NCBI GenBank assembly: GCA_964579265.1
Contig: CAZOFO010000003.1
Coordinates: 15,968-79,967, forward strand
DNA from: Candidatus Micrarchaeota archaeon
GTDB taxonomy: Archaea > B1Sed10-29
Direction of reading: 5' to 3'
DNA: 64,000 nucleotides
Program-made: the position numbers and the translations under genes
The notes under the pieces: generated by a model
The model's input: the letters and a program-made list of their open reading frames with translations, nothing else
Databases searched by the model: none
Told to the model about the DNA's origin: nothing
Part shown: piece by piece, positions 17,876 to 26,852 of the stretch
Layout: each line of letters starts with the position of its first letter
How positions within the stretch are numbered: position 1 is the first letter of the stretch

Positions 17876-18544
17876 TTATTCTATTTGGTTTTCGATCCAT
17901 TCTTTCAGTGTTTTTCTGTCTTTATTCTGTTCTTCTGCTTCTAGTAATTTTTTGTATTCTTCTTCCTCGAAATCTTGCGCTTTTTCTTTTATTTCTGAGA
18001 CATTTTTTTCTGCTAGTTCTTCGTAATCTGTTTCTTCTTCGCTTTCTTCTGTCTCTTCTTTTTCTTCTTCACTTTCAGTTACTTGTTCATCAGCATCATC
18101 GTCTTCTTCTTCGTCCTCTTCTGCTTCTTCTTCCTCGTCTTTTTCTGGTTCTTCTTCTTTTTCTTCTGGTTCTTCTTCTCCGAATAGTACTGCTAGTTTT
18201 TTCTTTCCTTTATCTGTTACTTTTAGATTTAGTTGTTGCGTTTCTTCTGATACTATTTCTCCTCTCACTGTTTTTCTTTTTCTTTGTCCTGGTTCTTGTG
18301 CTCTGTGTCCTGTTCCTCCTTCTAGAAGAAGCTTTCTTCTTTCCGTTGTTTTTACTCCTCTTTTCATTGGGAATCCTTGTTTGTCGCTTCCTCCTGTTAT
18401 TCGGAAGCTATGTCCTTTTAGATCGATTAGGCTTCCTTCTACTTCTTCTCCTATTTTCTTATCGTGTAGTGCTTTTGCTTTTTTGTCTTCTATCTCTTTT
18501 TGGTATGTTTTTCCTGTTTCTGGGTCGGATACTACTATTTGCAT
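17876..18544 (-). CDS. rps6e: 30S ribosomal protein S6e (eS6) with long acidic tract and C-terminal extension
   Basis: MQIVVSDPETGKTYQKEI...GHSFRITGGSDKQGFPMKRG is the S6e core; poly-D/E tract; C-terminal ~50 aa shared with uS4 (see findings). Confidence 0.85.
   Translation of the reverse strand: MQIVVSDPETGKTYQKEIEDKKAKALHDKKIGEEVEGSLIDLKGHSFRITGGSDKQGFPMKRGVKTTERRKLLLEGGTGHRAQEPGQRKRKTVRGEIVSEETQQLNLKVTDKGKKKLAVLFGEEEPEEKEEEPEKDEEEEAEEDEEEDDDADEQVTESEEEKEETEESEEETDYEELAEKNVSEIKEKAQDFEEEEYKKLLEAEEQNKDRKTLKEWIENQIE
17879..18031 (-). repeat. Copy A of a ~150-bp duplicated coding module (C-terminal extension of eS6)
   Basis: Nucleotide and protein similarity to 33335..33487: shared runs gtgtttttctgtcttt and cttttatttctga. 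Protein DYEELAEKNVSEIKEKAQDF...QNKDRKTLKEWIENQI. Confidence 0.7.
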
Positions 18545-18602
18545 GTTTTTACACCTCTTGTGATTTTTTGTTCTTTTTGTGTTTTGTTGTTTTAGGTAAA
18601 GT

Positions 18603-20348
18603 TTATCTTTTTATTTTCCTTATTTCTTTTAGTAGTTGCTTGTTTTTGAATCCTTCTCTTTCAAGTTCGTATGTTTCGTCTACTGGTACTTCAGTGTAGA
18701 TAGTTTCTCCTTCTTCTATTTGTCTTCCTACAGTGACATCTGTTATTGCTATCGCTGCTTCTCCACCTTGTTCTAGTAGTTTTATTGAGTGTTGATCTTT
18801 TTGTATGCTTTTTATTTCTCCCAGTCTTTCTCCTTCTTTGTTCATTAATGGGTATCCTGGTTTTAGTTTTCCTTGTTGTAGTTTTATTCCTACTATTGCT
18901 GGTTTGCTTTTTCTGAAGGTGTGTTCTGGGAGTATTTTGATTTTTGCTGGGTATACGTATTTTTCGAGTCTTTCTTGTTTTTCTCTTTTTTCTTCTTTTT
19001 CTTTCCATTTCTGGTATTTTTCTTCTAGTTTATATATTATATTTGATTCGAATATAGGAACGTTTAGCTCTTCAGCTTTTTTCTCTATTTCTTCCGGTAT
19101 CTTGGTGTTAAATGCGAATATCGCGCCTAAGTATCTGTCTTTTTCTTTTATGGTTTTTGCTTCCGTTAAGTCTTTTTTTCTCACTTGTCCTATTTCTGCT
19201 CTTCTTATTGGTATTTCTTTTTCTTTGAATAAATCTATTATACCTTCTAGTGATCCTATGGTGTCTGCTCTTATTATTACTCCTTCTCCTTTATTTTTTA
19301 TAGTGACTTTTTCAAGCTGTTCTTCTACTTCTTTCTTTTTTTCTTCTGTTTTTTCATTAGCTATTATTACTGGTGAACCTGCTATTGCTTCTTCAAGTCC
19401 TGGTGCTGCTATCTTTATTCCTTCTGCAGCTTCTACTTTTTTAACTCTTTTAAAGTCTTTTCCTTTTGCTTCTCTCATTTCTTTTAGTTTTTTCGGTTTT
19501 AATAGTGCTCTTATCTTTGTTTCTTTTGCTCCGTTTTTTGTTCCAAATACTATTTTGTCTCCTTTTTCTATTTTTCCTTCGTATATTATGGTGTCTATCG
19601 TGGTTCCTAGTCCTTTGACTTCTTTTACTTCTAGTATGGTTCCTTCTCCTGTTTTTTCTTTTTCTACTTCTAGGTCTTTTTTCATGTATCTTTGTGAAAG
19701 TCCTGCGAGGAACATTAGGAGTTCTGGTATTCCTTCTTTAGTTTCTGCTGATGTTGGGATGATTATTATGGTGTCTTCTGGATTGTCTACTTTATCGAAT
19801 CTGTTGGCGTTTATTCCGTATTCTGCTACTTCTCCTATGATATCGTATATCTTGTCTTGTAGTCTATTTTTTACTCTTTCACTCTGTTTTTTGATTGTCT
19901 TGGTGAATGGTTGTCCTTTGTTTGGTGTCCATCCTTGTATTAGATCTACTTTGTTTAGGGCTATTATGAACGGGCATTTGTGTTTTTTGAGTATTTCTAG
20001 AGCTTCTTTTGTTTGTGGTTGGATACCTTGCATTACGTCTATTACTAGTACTGCGAGGTCTGCGGTTTTTCCTCCTCTTTTTCTCAGGGAGGTGAATGCT
20101 TGGTGTCCTGGTGTGTCTATGAATAGGAGTCCTGGTATTTCTAGTTTGTATCCGTATTTTTCTATTATTTCTTTACTTTGTTTTTCTACTGTCTGGGTTG
20201 GTATGAAACTTGCTCCTACGTGTTGTGTTATTTTACCTGGTTCTCCTTCTAGAACTGTGGATCCTCTTATTGAGTCCAGTATTGCTGTTTTTCCATGGTC
20301 CACATGCCCTAGTACACATATTATCGGTGATCTAATCATTTCTATCAC
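18603..20348 (-). CDS. infB: Translation initiation factor aIF5B (IF2 homolog)
   Basis: IICVLGHVDHGKTAILD, DTPGHQAF, NKVD GTPase motifs; 581 aa. Confidence 0.9.
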   Translation of the reverse strand: MIEMIRSPIICVLGHVDHGKTAILDSIRGSTVLEGEPGKITQHVGASFIPTQTVEKQSKEIIEKYGYKLEIPGLLFIDTPGHQAFTSLRKRGGKTADLAVLVIDVMQGIQPQTKEALEILKKHKCPFIIALNKVDLIQGWTPNKGQPFTKTIKKQSERVKNRLQDKIYDIIGEVAEYGINANRFDKVDNPEDTIIIIPTSAETKEGIPELLMFLAGLSQRYMKKDLEVEKEKTGEGTILEVKEVKGLGTTIDTIIYEGKIEKGDKIVFGTKNGAKETKIRALLKPKKLKEMREAKGKDFKRVKKVEAAEGIKIAAPGLEEAIAGSPVIIANEKTEEKKKEVEEQLEKVTIKNKGEGVIIRADTIGSLEGIIDLFKEKEIPIRRAEIGQVRKKDLTEAKTIKEKDRYLGAIFAFNTKIPEEIEKKAEELNVPIFESNIIYKLEEKYQKWKEKEEKREKQERLEKYVYPAKIKILPEHTFRKSKPAIVGIKLQQGKLKPGYPLMNKEGERLGEIKSIQKDQHSIKLLEQGGEAAIAITDVTVGRQIEEGETIYTEVPVDETYELEREGFKNKQLLKEIRKIKR

Positions 20349-20431
20349 TTTTGTTTTATACCTCGTCTAGCAAGGCTATTTAGAAGTTAGCCTCAGTCTG
20401 GTTGATCCTTTCCGAGGTTTTTCTTTTTAGG

Positions 20432-21043
20432 TTATTCGTTTTTCTTTTCGAGGTCTTCTATCTTTGGTCCGTCTTGTGGTGCTCTCATTATTTCTTCTTC
20501 TGCTCTTTCGTACTCTTCTTCGTATAGTTCGTCTTCATTGAACCAGATTTTGATTTCTTTTTCTGCATTTTCTTTGTCTGCAGCGTGAATTAGATTTCTT
20601 ATGGGTCTATTTCTTTTATTGGCGTATTCGTATGATTCTGTGTGAAAGTCTCCTCTTACTGTTCCTGGTCTGGCTTCTCTTGGTTCTGTTTCTCCTGCTA
20701 CTTTTCTACCTGCTTCTGGCGCGTGTGGTCCTTGGAATACTGCTGCTATTATAGGTGTTTTCTTTATGTATTCTCTTAATTGTTTTACTATTATCATTCC
20801 GTATTCTTCTGTGTCCCAGGGAAATGCTGTTCCTTCTGCTTCGAATTGCTTTTTTGCTTTTTCGCCTATTTGTTCTGCCATTGAGTCTGGATAATGTTCT
20901 TCTAGTTGTTCTTGAGTGGCTTTCGTCATTTTCATTCCTATTAATCTGAGTCCTTTTTGTTCAAATCTTTCAATTATTTTTCCTATTATCCCTCTTTTTA
21001 CTCCGTCTGGTTTTAGTAGTATGAGGGTTCTGGTGTCTTTCAT
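20432..21043 (-). CDS. ndk: Nucleoside diphosphate kinase (with internal insertion and acidic C-terminal extension)
   Basis: TLILLKPDGVKRGIIGKIIERFE and catalytic NLIHAAD. Start placed at the second Met (MKDTRTL) because the upstream ATG at 21073 would overlap rpl24e. Confidence 0.75.
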   Translation of the reverse strand: MKDTRTLILLKPDGVKRGIIGKIIERFEQKGLRLIGMKMTKATQEQLEEHYPDSMAEQIGEKAKKQFEAEGTAFPWDTEEYGMIIVKQLREYIKKTPIIAAVFQGPHAPEAGRKVAGETEPREARPGTVRGDFHTESYEYANKRNRPIRNLIHAADKENAEKEIKIWFNEDELYEEEYERAEEEIMRAPQDGPKIEDLEKKNE

Positions 21044-21057
21044 TTGCTCACCTTCTT

Positions 21058-21216
21058 TTATTTCTTGGTCCATTCTGTCTTTTTTGGATCTCTTTCTAGT
21101 TTTCTATGGTTCTTTTCGCATTTGCTCGAGCAGTAGGGGAATCTTTCTCCGTCCTGTTTGATGTATATTTTTCCTTTTCCTTGTGGTATTTCTTCTCCGC
21201 AGAAGCTGCAGTCCAT
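21058..21216 (-). CDS. rpl24e: 50S ribosomal protein L24e (eL24)
   Basis: Not in ORF track. Hand translation MDCSFCGEEIPQGKGKIYIKQDGERFPYCSSKCEKNHRKLERDPKKTEWTKK has the zinc-binding L24e signature; sits in the conserved L7Ae-S28e-L24e-ndk order. Confidence 0.8.
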   Translation of the reverse strand: MDCSFCGEEIPQGKGKIYIKQDGERFPYCSSKCEKNHRKLERDPKKTEWTKK

Positions 21217-21231
21217 TTTTGTTCACCTTTT

Positions 21232-21438
21232 TTATTGTACTTGTATTTTTCTTGCTTCTTCAGTGTCTCTTAACAGCAGTATGTCTCCTTCTTGTACTGG
21301 TCCTTTTACGTTTCTTCTTTTGATCCTGTTTTTGTCTCTTCCTTCTAGTATTTTTGCCATTACTTGGTTTAGTTCTCCATGTACTCCTGTTTTTCCTATT
21401 ACTTCTACTACTTTTGCTTTTACGGCTTTATCTGCCAT
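21232..21438 (-). CDS. rps28e: 30S ribosomal protein S28e (eS28)
   Basis: [49 protein letters not shown] closely matches S28e. Confidence 0.85.
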   Translation of the reverse strand: MADKAVKAKVVEVIGKTGVHGELNQVMAKILEGRDKNRIKRRNVKGPVQEGDILLLRDTEEARKIQVQ

Positions 21439-21457
21439 TTTTAATCACGCTTTGTTT

Positions 21458-21832
21458 TTATTCTTCTTTTTTTAGTTCTTTTACTTTTTCTTTTATTTTT
21501 TCAATTTCTTTTTTCGCTTCGCCTGAATCTACTAGTGCTATTGAAGTTGATCCTACGTTTAAGCCGCTTGCTAGTCCCAGTTCTTTTTGTGAAGGAACGT
21601 AGATGTACGGTATGTCTTTTTCTTCTGATAGTATTGGTAGGTGTGCTACTATCTCTGGTGGTTTTATGTCTGTTGCTATCACTACTAGTTCTGCTTTTTT
21701 TCTCTCTAGAGCTTTTGTGACTTCGTTTACTCCTTGTTTTATTTTTCCAGTGTCTCTTGCTTTCTCTATCGCTTCGTAGGTCTTTTTTGATAGTTCTTCT
21801 GGTATTTCAAATTCTTGGAAGGGTGCTGTCAT
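21458..21832 (-). CDS. rpl7ae: 50S ribosomal protein L7Ae (K-turn binding protein)
   Basis: KKTYEAIEKARDTGKIKQGVNEVTKALERKKAELVVIATDI...YIYVPSQKELG is the L7Ae/L30e fold signature. Confidence 0.85.
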   Translation of the reverse strand: MTAPFQEFEIPEELSKKTYEAIEKARDTGKIKQGVNEVTKALERKKAELVVIATDIKPPEIVAHLPILSEEKDIPYIYVPSQKELGLASGLNVGSTSIALVDSGEAKKEIEKIKEKVKELKKEE

Positions 21833-22068
21833 TCTTGCTCACCTCGCTTTGTCATCGGTTTTTCTTTTTTGAGAATTATGTTCGATGCTCTTTGTTTTAT
21901 CCGTGTATATTATTTTTCGGTGCCGGGGTATAAAAATGTTTCAGAGAGATCCATTTGTAAGAGGTTTGAATTTAAAAAGTACTGGATATAGGGGTGAATT
22001 TTTAAAAATCTAATTGAAAGACCAAAAAAATTCTTTAACTTTAATAGATTTTTTCAAGATTTTATTTT

Positions 22069-23769
22069 TTATTTATGAGCGTAACTGGCTTTTATCTCTT
22101 CTTCTGTTTTCTCATTTATTTTCACGAATCCGTATCTTTCGAACTGGATTACTTCTCCTTTTTTCACTTTTTCCAGTTTTTCTTCACCGTATCCTCTCTC
22201 GGTTTCTCCCGAGGTAAGGGTAACTTCTACCGGTAGGTAGTTCTCCGTTGCCCATTGTAGTATATCAGTTATATCTTCCTCCATCTCAGCCGTGACAAAT
22301 TCAGCTTCAGTATATGAGTCGTTCTTTCCATTTACCTGGATAGTGAATGCTCCTTTGAGCCGTACTTTGTCTCCTTTTTCTTTTTTCTCTAGATCTTCCT
22401 CTGGTAGGTAGAAAATTCTTTCTCCTTCTTTGAATTTATATTTCTTTCTTCCCATTTCTTTTTCCGGGTGCATTGGTACTTCCACTTCCATTTCTGGTAT
22501 GTTCTCAACTCTAACTTTCTTTGGTTCCGGTACGAAGTAGAATCTTCGTGCTTCAGAATCTATTATTTCTCTATTTTCCGCATATAGTTTATTCAATGGT
22601 ACTGTGGAGCTAGATTCACTTATACCTTGGGATAATATGAATTTTTTTATTGCTTCGGGTTTTATTCCTCTTTTTCTAAGTGATCTTATGCTCCATGTTC
22701 TTGGATCTTCCCATCCTGTGTATTCTCCTTTCTTTATCTTTTCTGCTGATCCTGATGAACTTATTTTCACTTTTTCCAGGTTCATTCTTCCTGTGTGTAT
22801 GAATTCAACATTGCTGTAATCTATGTCTAGGCAATCCCATATGTATTTCTCCATCTTAGTTTCCATTGCTAGGTCTTTTCCTCTTAGTATATGCGTCATC
22901 CCAAGAAGATGATCGTCCACTGCCCATGAGAACTCTAGCATGGGCCATACTCTATATTTTTTTCCTACTCTAGGGTGTTCTCTTTCACTTATCCTTAACA
23001 GTACTCTGTCTCTGAATGCTGGGTCTTTATGCTGCATATCGGTCTTTATTCTAAGTACTGCTTCTCCTTCTTCGTATTTTCCTTCCAGCATTTTTTTGAA
23101 TTCTTCATGGTTTTTTTCTACTGAACGCGATCTATGATTGCATTCTTCACCTTCTTCTCTATTTTTTCTCAGTTCTTTAGCTGTGCAGTTGCAGACGTAT
23201 GCTTTTCCTGTGTCTATTATCTTTTCAGCCCATTCGTAGTACTTCTCCATTCTCTCTGATTTCAGGTAGACTTCGTCCGTCTTCAAACCGAGCCATTCTA
23301 TATCTTCTTTTATCATCTCGTAAGCTTTTGGATCTATCTGTTTTTCTTCTGATCCTATCGTGTCGTCTATCACGAGGTAGAATTCTCCATCGTATTTTTC
23401 TTTTGTGTATTCGTGGTTTGGAATTGCTTGCCTGCAGTGTCCAAGGTGTAGAGGTCCTGATGGATAGGGAGCAAACCTCATCTTGATTTTGGAGGTTTTA
23501 CCTTGTAATTCAGGAAGTTTATGTTCGTCTTCTTCTTCCTCTTCTTCAAGTGCTTCTGGATCTATCTCCAGCAGCTTTCTTTCCTGTTGTTCTCTAGTCA
23601 TCTGGTTTACTTCTTCAACTACTTCATTTGCTTTTTTACCTAGTTCCCCCATGTCTTTTTTTAGTTCTGGTTTTTCTCCTATTGCTTTGTTCATCACTGG
23701 TTTTACTTTGGCTTCTCCTTTGTGTTCCCAGGCGTTTTTCAAAGCATGTTTTAGTAGAAGATATCTCAT
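22069..23769 (-). CDS. gltX: Glutamyl-tRNA synthetase (archaeal type) with N-terminal GatB/YqeY-like domain
   Basis: Class I core MRFAPYPSGPLHLGHC (HIGH-type); KMSKS-region VKISSSGS; ~95-aa N-terminal extension LKHALKNAWEHKGEAKVKPVMNKAIGEKPEL resembles the GatB/YqeY domain. Confidence 0.8.
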   Translation of the reverse strand: MRYLLLKHALKNAWEHKGEAKVKPVMNKAIGEKPELKKDMGELGKKANEVVEEVNQMTREQQERKLLEIDPEALEEEEEEDEHKLPELQGKTSKIKMRFAPYPSGPLHLGHCRQAIPNHEYTKEKYDGEFYLVIDDTIGSEEKQIDPKAYEMIKEDIEWLGLKTDEVYLKSERMEKYYEWAEKIIDTGKAYVCNCTAKELRKNREEGEECNHRSRSVEKNHEEFKKMLEGKYEEGEAVLRIKTDMQHKDPAFRDRVLLRISEREHPRVGKKYRVWPMLEFSWAVDDHLLGMTHILRGKDLAMETKMEKYIWDCLDIDYSNVEFIHTGRMNLEKVKISSSGSAEKIKKGEYTGWEDPRTWSIRSLRKRGIKPEAIKKFILSQGISESSSTVPLNKLYAENREIIDSEARRFYFVPEPKKVRVENIPEMEVEVPMHPEKEMGRKKYKFKEGERIFYLPEEDLEKKEKGDKVRLKGAFTIQVNGKNDSYTEAEFVTAEMEEDITDILQWATENYLPVEVTLTSGETERGYGEEKLEKVKKGEVIQFERYGFVKINEKTEEEIKASYAHK

Positions 23770-23870
23770 TTTCTATACCTCTTTTTGTATCCTTAGAGTT
23801 CTAACTTGTTTTATTTATTGAGTTGCCCTTTATACTTCTTTCTTATCCTTTCGATGATTAACGTGGGTAG

Positions 23871-23880
23871 GGTTTATAAT
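23871..23880 (+). promoter_or_regulatory. Putative TATA box (ggTTTATAAT) upstream of the mevalonate-pathway operon
   Basis: AT-rich TTTATAAT element ~22 nt before the first ATG (23902) and ~52 nt before the second in-frame ATG (23932) in a divergent intergenic region. Sequence-only guess. Confidence 0.25.
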
Positions 23881-23901
23881 CCTCTGTGTAGAATAATTTA
23901 G

Positions 23902-25257
23902 ATGAATGTTTTCGATAGGGGGTTCTTTAAAATGTCACTGAGAAGTTTTCTGAAGAGGCAAAGAGAGAGGGAGAATTTGAATAAGGTTTCTAGACAGGTT
24001 AATCCTGACTTTGAAGCAAGTTCAATAGCTTTTGAAGATCAATCAAAACCGGTTGTATTCGAGAATGTGGAAGGTTATCCTGATATCAAGATGGTTTCTA
24101 ATATTGTGTCCTCTAGAGATATGATAGCGGATTCATTGGGTGTTGATAAAGGAGATATACTTTTTGAATTATCAAATGCTTACGATTCTCTAGAAAAATG
24201 CGTTGAATCTGATAAATCTATTAAGAGTTATAATAATTTTGGTAAACCTAACCTGATAGATCACTTGCCTATCCTTAAGTATTATAGTAAAAAAGAAGAT
24301 GGGGAAGTAAAGGATCCTAGGTACCTTGCTTCCTGTATGGTTATAGCTAAGGATCCTGAAGACGGTTCTCAGAATCTATCTTTTCATAGGTTAATGTATC
24401 AAGGAGATAACAAGTTCACAATAAGGATAGTTCCACGTCACTTATATGAAATAAATGAAAAGAAAGAAGGAGATTTAGAAGTAGCTATAATAAGAGGAGT
24501 AGATCCTAGAATAGAGATAGCTGGAGCTACATCAGGTTCTCCTGATATGGATGAACTAGAGTATGCTAATGCTTTAATGGATCAAGATCTCGAGTTGATT
24601 GATCTAGACGGTTTAAAAATTCCTGCAGATTCAGAAGTTGTTATGAAAGCAAGAATAACTCAAGAAAAAGACGTAGAAGGTCCCTTTGTCGACTTATCTG
24701 AAACTTGGGATAAAGAAAGACAACAACCTGTGCTGGAAGTAGATAATTTATACATGAAAGAAAATCCTTATGTTAGGTTCCTCGTACCAGGAAAAAACGA
24801 ACACAAACACTTGATGGGTCTTCCACAGGAACCTAGGATATATAATAAAGTGAGAGAAACAGTCCCTACAGTTCAAAACGTAATAATATCTAAAGGAGGA
24901 TGCTCTTGGCTTCATGGTGTAGTAAAAATAAAAAAGAGGAATGAAGGTGATGCTAAAAACGCTGGAATGGCGGCACTAGCTGGTCATCCTTCCATGAAGA
25001 GAGTGGTTATCGTGGATGAAGATATCGATCCTACAGATCCACAAGAAGTTGAATGGTCAATAGCGACTAGAATGCAGCCTCACAAAGACATAAACTTTAT
25101 AAAAAGAGCAAAAGGATCTTCTTTAGATCCTTCTCAAGATTATAAAAATAGATTAATGACGAAATGGATAATTGACGCTACTATACCTCACGACAAGGAC
25201 GAAGACTTTTCCAAAGCAAAAATACCTCAAGTAGAAGATAAAGATACGGAGGAATAA
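23902..25257 (+). CDS. UbiD-family decarboxylase, candidate trans-anhydromevalonate 5-phosphate decarboxylase
   Basis: UbiD-like N-terminus (VVFENVEGYPDIKMVSNIVSSRDMIADSLGV) and 451-aa length; immediately upstream of acnX/ipk/mvk genes. Confidence 0.7.
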   Translation: MNVFDRGFFKMSLRSFLKRQRERENLNKVSRQVNPDFEASSIAFEDQSKPVVFENVEGYPDIKMVSNIVSSRDMIADSLGVDKGDILFELSNAYDSLEKCVESDKSIKSYNNFGKPNLIDHLPILKYYSKKEDGEVKDPRYLASCMVIAKDPEDGSQNLSFHRLMYQGDNKFTIRIVPRHLYEINEKKEGDLEVAIIRGVDPRIEIAGATSGSPDMDELEYANALMDQDLELIDLDGLKIPADSEVVMKARITQEKDVEGPFVDLSETWDKERQQPVLEVDNLYMKENPYVRFLVPGKNEHKHLMGLPQEPRIYNKVRETVPTVQNVIISKGGCSWLHGVVKIKKRNEGDAKNAGMAALAGHPSMKRVVIVDEDIDPTDPQEVEWSIATRMQPHKDINFIKRAKGSSLDPSQDYKNRLMTKWIIDATIPHDKDEDFSKAKIPQVEDKDTEE

Positions 25258-25258
25258 C

Positions 25259-26437
25259 ATGCATCTAACAAAAGAAGAAGAAAAAATGCTTGAATCTGGA
25301 TCAAAACCGGTTAGAAAAGCAATGGAGCTACTGGTAAGACTAGGAGATATTTACGGAGCTGAAGAAATGATAGAAGTTAACTCAGCTCAAGCATCAGGCG
25401 TATCATATAAATCAATAGGAGACCCAGGTATAGAGTTCCTAGAAGGATTTGCAGAAGAAGGAGCAGAAGTGAAAATACCTACCTTTGCAAATCCAGCTGG
25501 AATGGATCTAGAAAGATGGAAAGAAATGGACGTGTCTGAAGAATTTGCTGAAAAACAAAAAAGGATAATCAAAGCAATGAAGGAAATGGGTATAATTACC
25601 ACGACATCCTGTACTCCTTATCTATTTGGGAACCTGCCTAGAAAAAACGAACATATAGCATGGGCGGAATCCTCTGCAGTTTCATTCGCTAACTCTGTAA
25701 TAGGAGCTAAAACAAATAGAGAAGGAGGTCCATCAGCACTATCAGCAGCTATAACAGGAAGAACTCCTAATTACGGACTACATTTAGAAAAAAATAGAAA
25801 ACCAACTCACCTTATAGAGGTTAAAACTGATCTAGAAACTATTTCAGATTTCGGAGCCCTTGGATCTTGGGTTGGAAGAGAAGTAGAGGATGGAAAACCC
25901 TATTTCAAAGGAATTAAAAATGCTAAGACAGATGAATTAAAATCTCTAGGAGCAGCAATGGCAGCATCAGGAGCAGTAGCACTATACTTCGTGGGAGGGA
26001 TAACTACTGATAGAGAAAAACCTGAAGACCTGGAAAAAATCGAATTTACAGAAAAAGAAAAAAAAGAAGAATACCAAGAACTAAACCAAGCTCAAGATCC
26101 TGATCTAATCGTATTCGGATGTCCACACGCATCAATAGAAGAAATAAAAGAAATATCTGAATCACTGGACGGAGAAACATTGGAAAAAGACCTCTGGGTA
26201 TGCACAAATAGAGCTGTAAAATCCTGGGCCGATAGAATGGGTTACACCGAAAAAATAGAGGAATCAGGTGGAAAAGTACTCTGCGATACCTGTAATGTAG
26301 TATGTCCTCTGGAAGATATGGAATATGAGAACACAGGTACAAACTCAGGTAAAGCAGCTAACTACTTACCTGGTTTCTGTGACCAAGAGATAATTTTCTC
26401 AGATAGAAAAAAATTGATAAAAAAGGCGATAAAATGA
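25259..26437 (+). CDS. Aconitase X large subunit (DUF521), candidate phosphomevalonate dehydratase large subunit
   Basis: DUF521/AcnX-type sequence (SAQASGVSYKSIGDPG...TTTSCTPYLFGNLPRKNEHIAWAESSAVSFANSVIGAKTNREGG); stop overlaps the small-subunit start. Confidence 0.7.
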   Translation: MHLTKEEEKMLESGSKPVRKAMELLVRLGDIYGAEEMIEVNSAQASGVSYKSIGDPGIEFLEGFAEEGAEVKIPTFANPAGMDLERWKEMDVSEEFAEKQKRIIKAMKEMGIITTTSCTPYLFGNLPRKNEHIAWAESSAVSFANSVIGAKTNREGGPSALSAAITGRTPNYGLHLEKNRKPTHLIEVKTDLETISDFGALGSWVGREVEDGKPYFKGIKNAKTDELKSLGAAMAASGAVALYFVGGITTDREKPEDLEKIEFTEKEKKEEYQELNQAQDPDLIVFGCPHASIEEIKEISESLDGETLEKDLWVCTNRAVKSWADRMGYTEKIEESGGKVLCDTCNVVCPLEDMEYENTGTNSGKAANYLPGFCDQEIIFSDRKKLIKKAIK

Positions 26438-26841
26438 AAATCAAAGGAAGATCAATATCAAAAGGTGAAGCAAAAGGAGAAGTAATGATATCTAAGGAAC
26501 CAATAGGGTTCTATGGAGCTGTAAATCCAGAAACAGGTGAATTTATAGAAGAGGGACATGAATTAGAGGGAAAAAATATCTCTGGAAAAATACTAGTATT
26601 CCCAAAAGGAAAAGGATCTACAGTAGGATCTTATGTCCTCTACGGTTTGGCAAAAAATAACAAAGCACCGAAAGCTATAATAAACAAAGAAACAGAAACA
26701 ATCGTTGCAACAGGATGTATACTTGGTGAAATACCTTGTGTGGATAAACTAGAAAAAGATCCTTTAAAAAATCTAAGCGAAGGAGAAAAATTAAAGGTAA
26801 ATGGGGACCAAGGAACTATTGAAAAAATGAATGAAGAATAG
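26434..26841 (+). CDS. Aconitase X small subunit (DUF126), candidate phosphomevalonate dehydratase small subunit
   Basis: ~135-aa swivel-domain protein (ISGKILVFPKGKGSTVGSYVLYGLAKNNKAPKAIINKETETIVATGCILGEIP) translationally coupled to the large subunit. Confidence 0.7.
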   Translation: MKIKGRSISKGEAKGEVMISKEPIGFYGAVNPETGEFIEEGHELEGKNISGKILVFPKGKGSTVGSYVLYGLAKNNKAPKAIINKETETIVATGCILGEIPCVDKLEKDPLKNLSEGEKLKVNGDQGTIEKMNEE

Positions 26842-26852
26842 AGGTATTTTCT

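Noticed and set aside
17812-18699. 295-aa plus-strand ORF made almost entirely of L/F/V runs, antisense to rps6e
   Set aside because: Antisense artefact of the acidic/K-rich S6e tail; no start-context or domain support.
18805-20370. 521-aa plus-strand ORF, fully overlapping aIF5B on the opposite strand
   Set aside because: Low-complexity S/F/L-rich translation with no motifs. It is the antisense shadow of a K/E-rich gene (GAA/AAG codons read as TTC/CTT), whereas the minus-strand frame encodes an unambiguous GTPase.
21833-22068. 236-nt intergenic region upstream of rpl7ae, examined for a C/D-box sRNA or K-turn autoregulatory leader
   Set aside because: Contains TATA-like GGTATAAAAATG/TTTTTATACC, but no convincing C (RUGAUGA) and D (CUGA) box pair or K-turn could be identified by eye, so it is left unannotated.
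22014-22217. 67-aa ORF in the L7Ae-GluRS spacer, overlapping the GluRS 3' end
   Set aside because: No motif or recognisable family, overlaps the gltX stop region, composition typical of random AT-rich ORFs.
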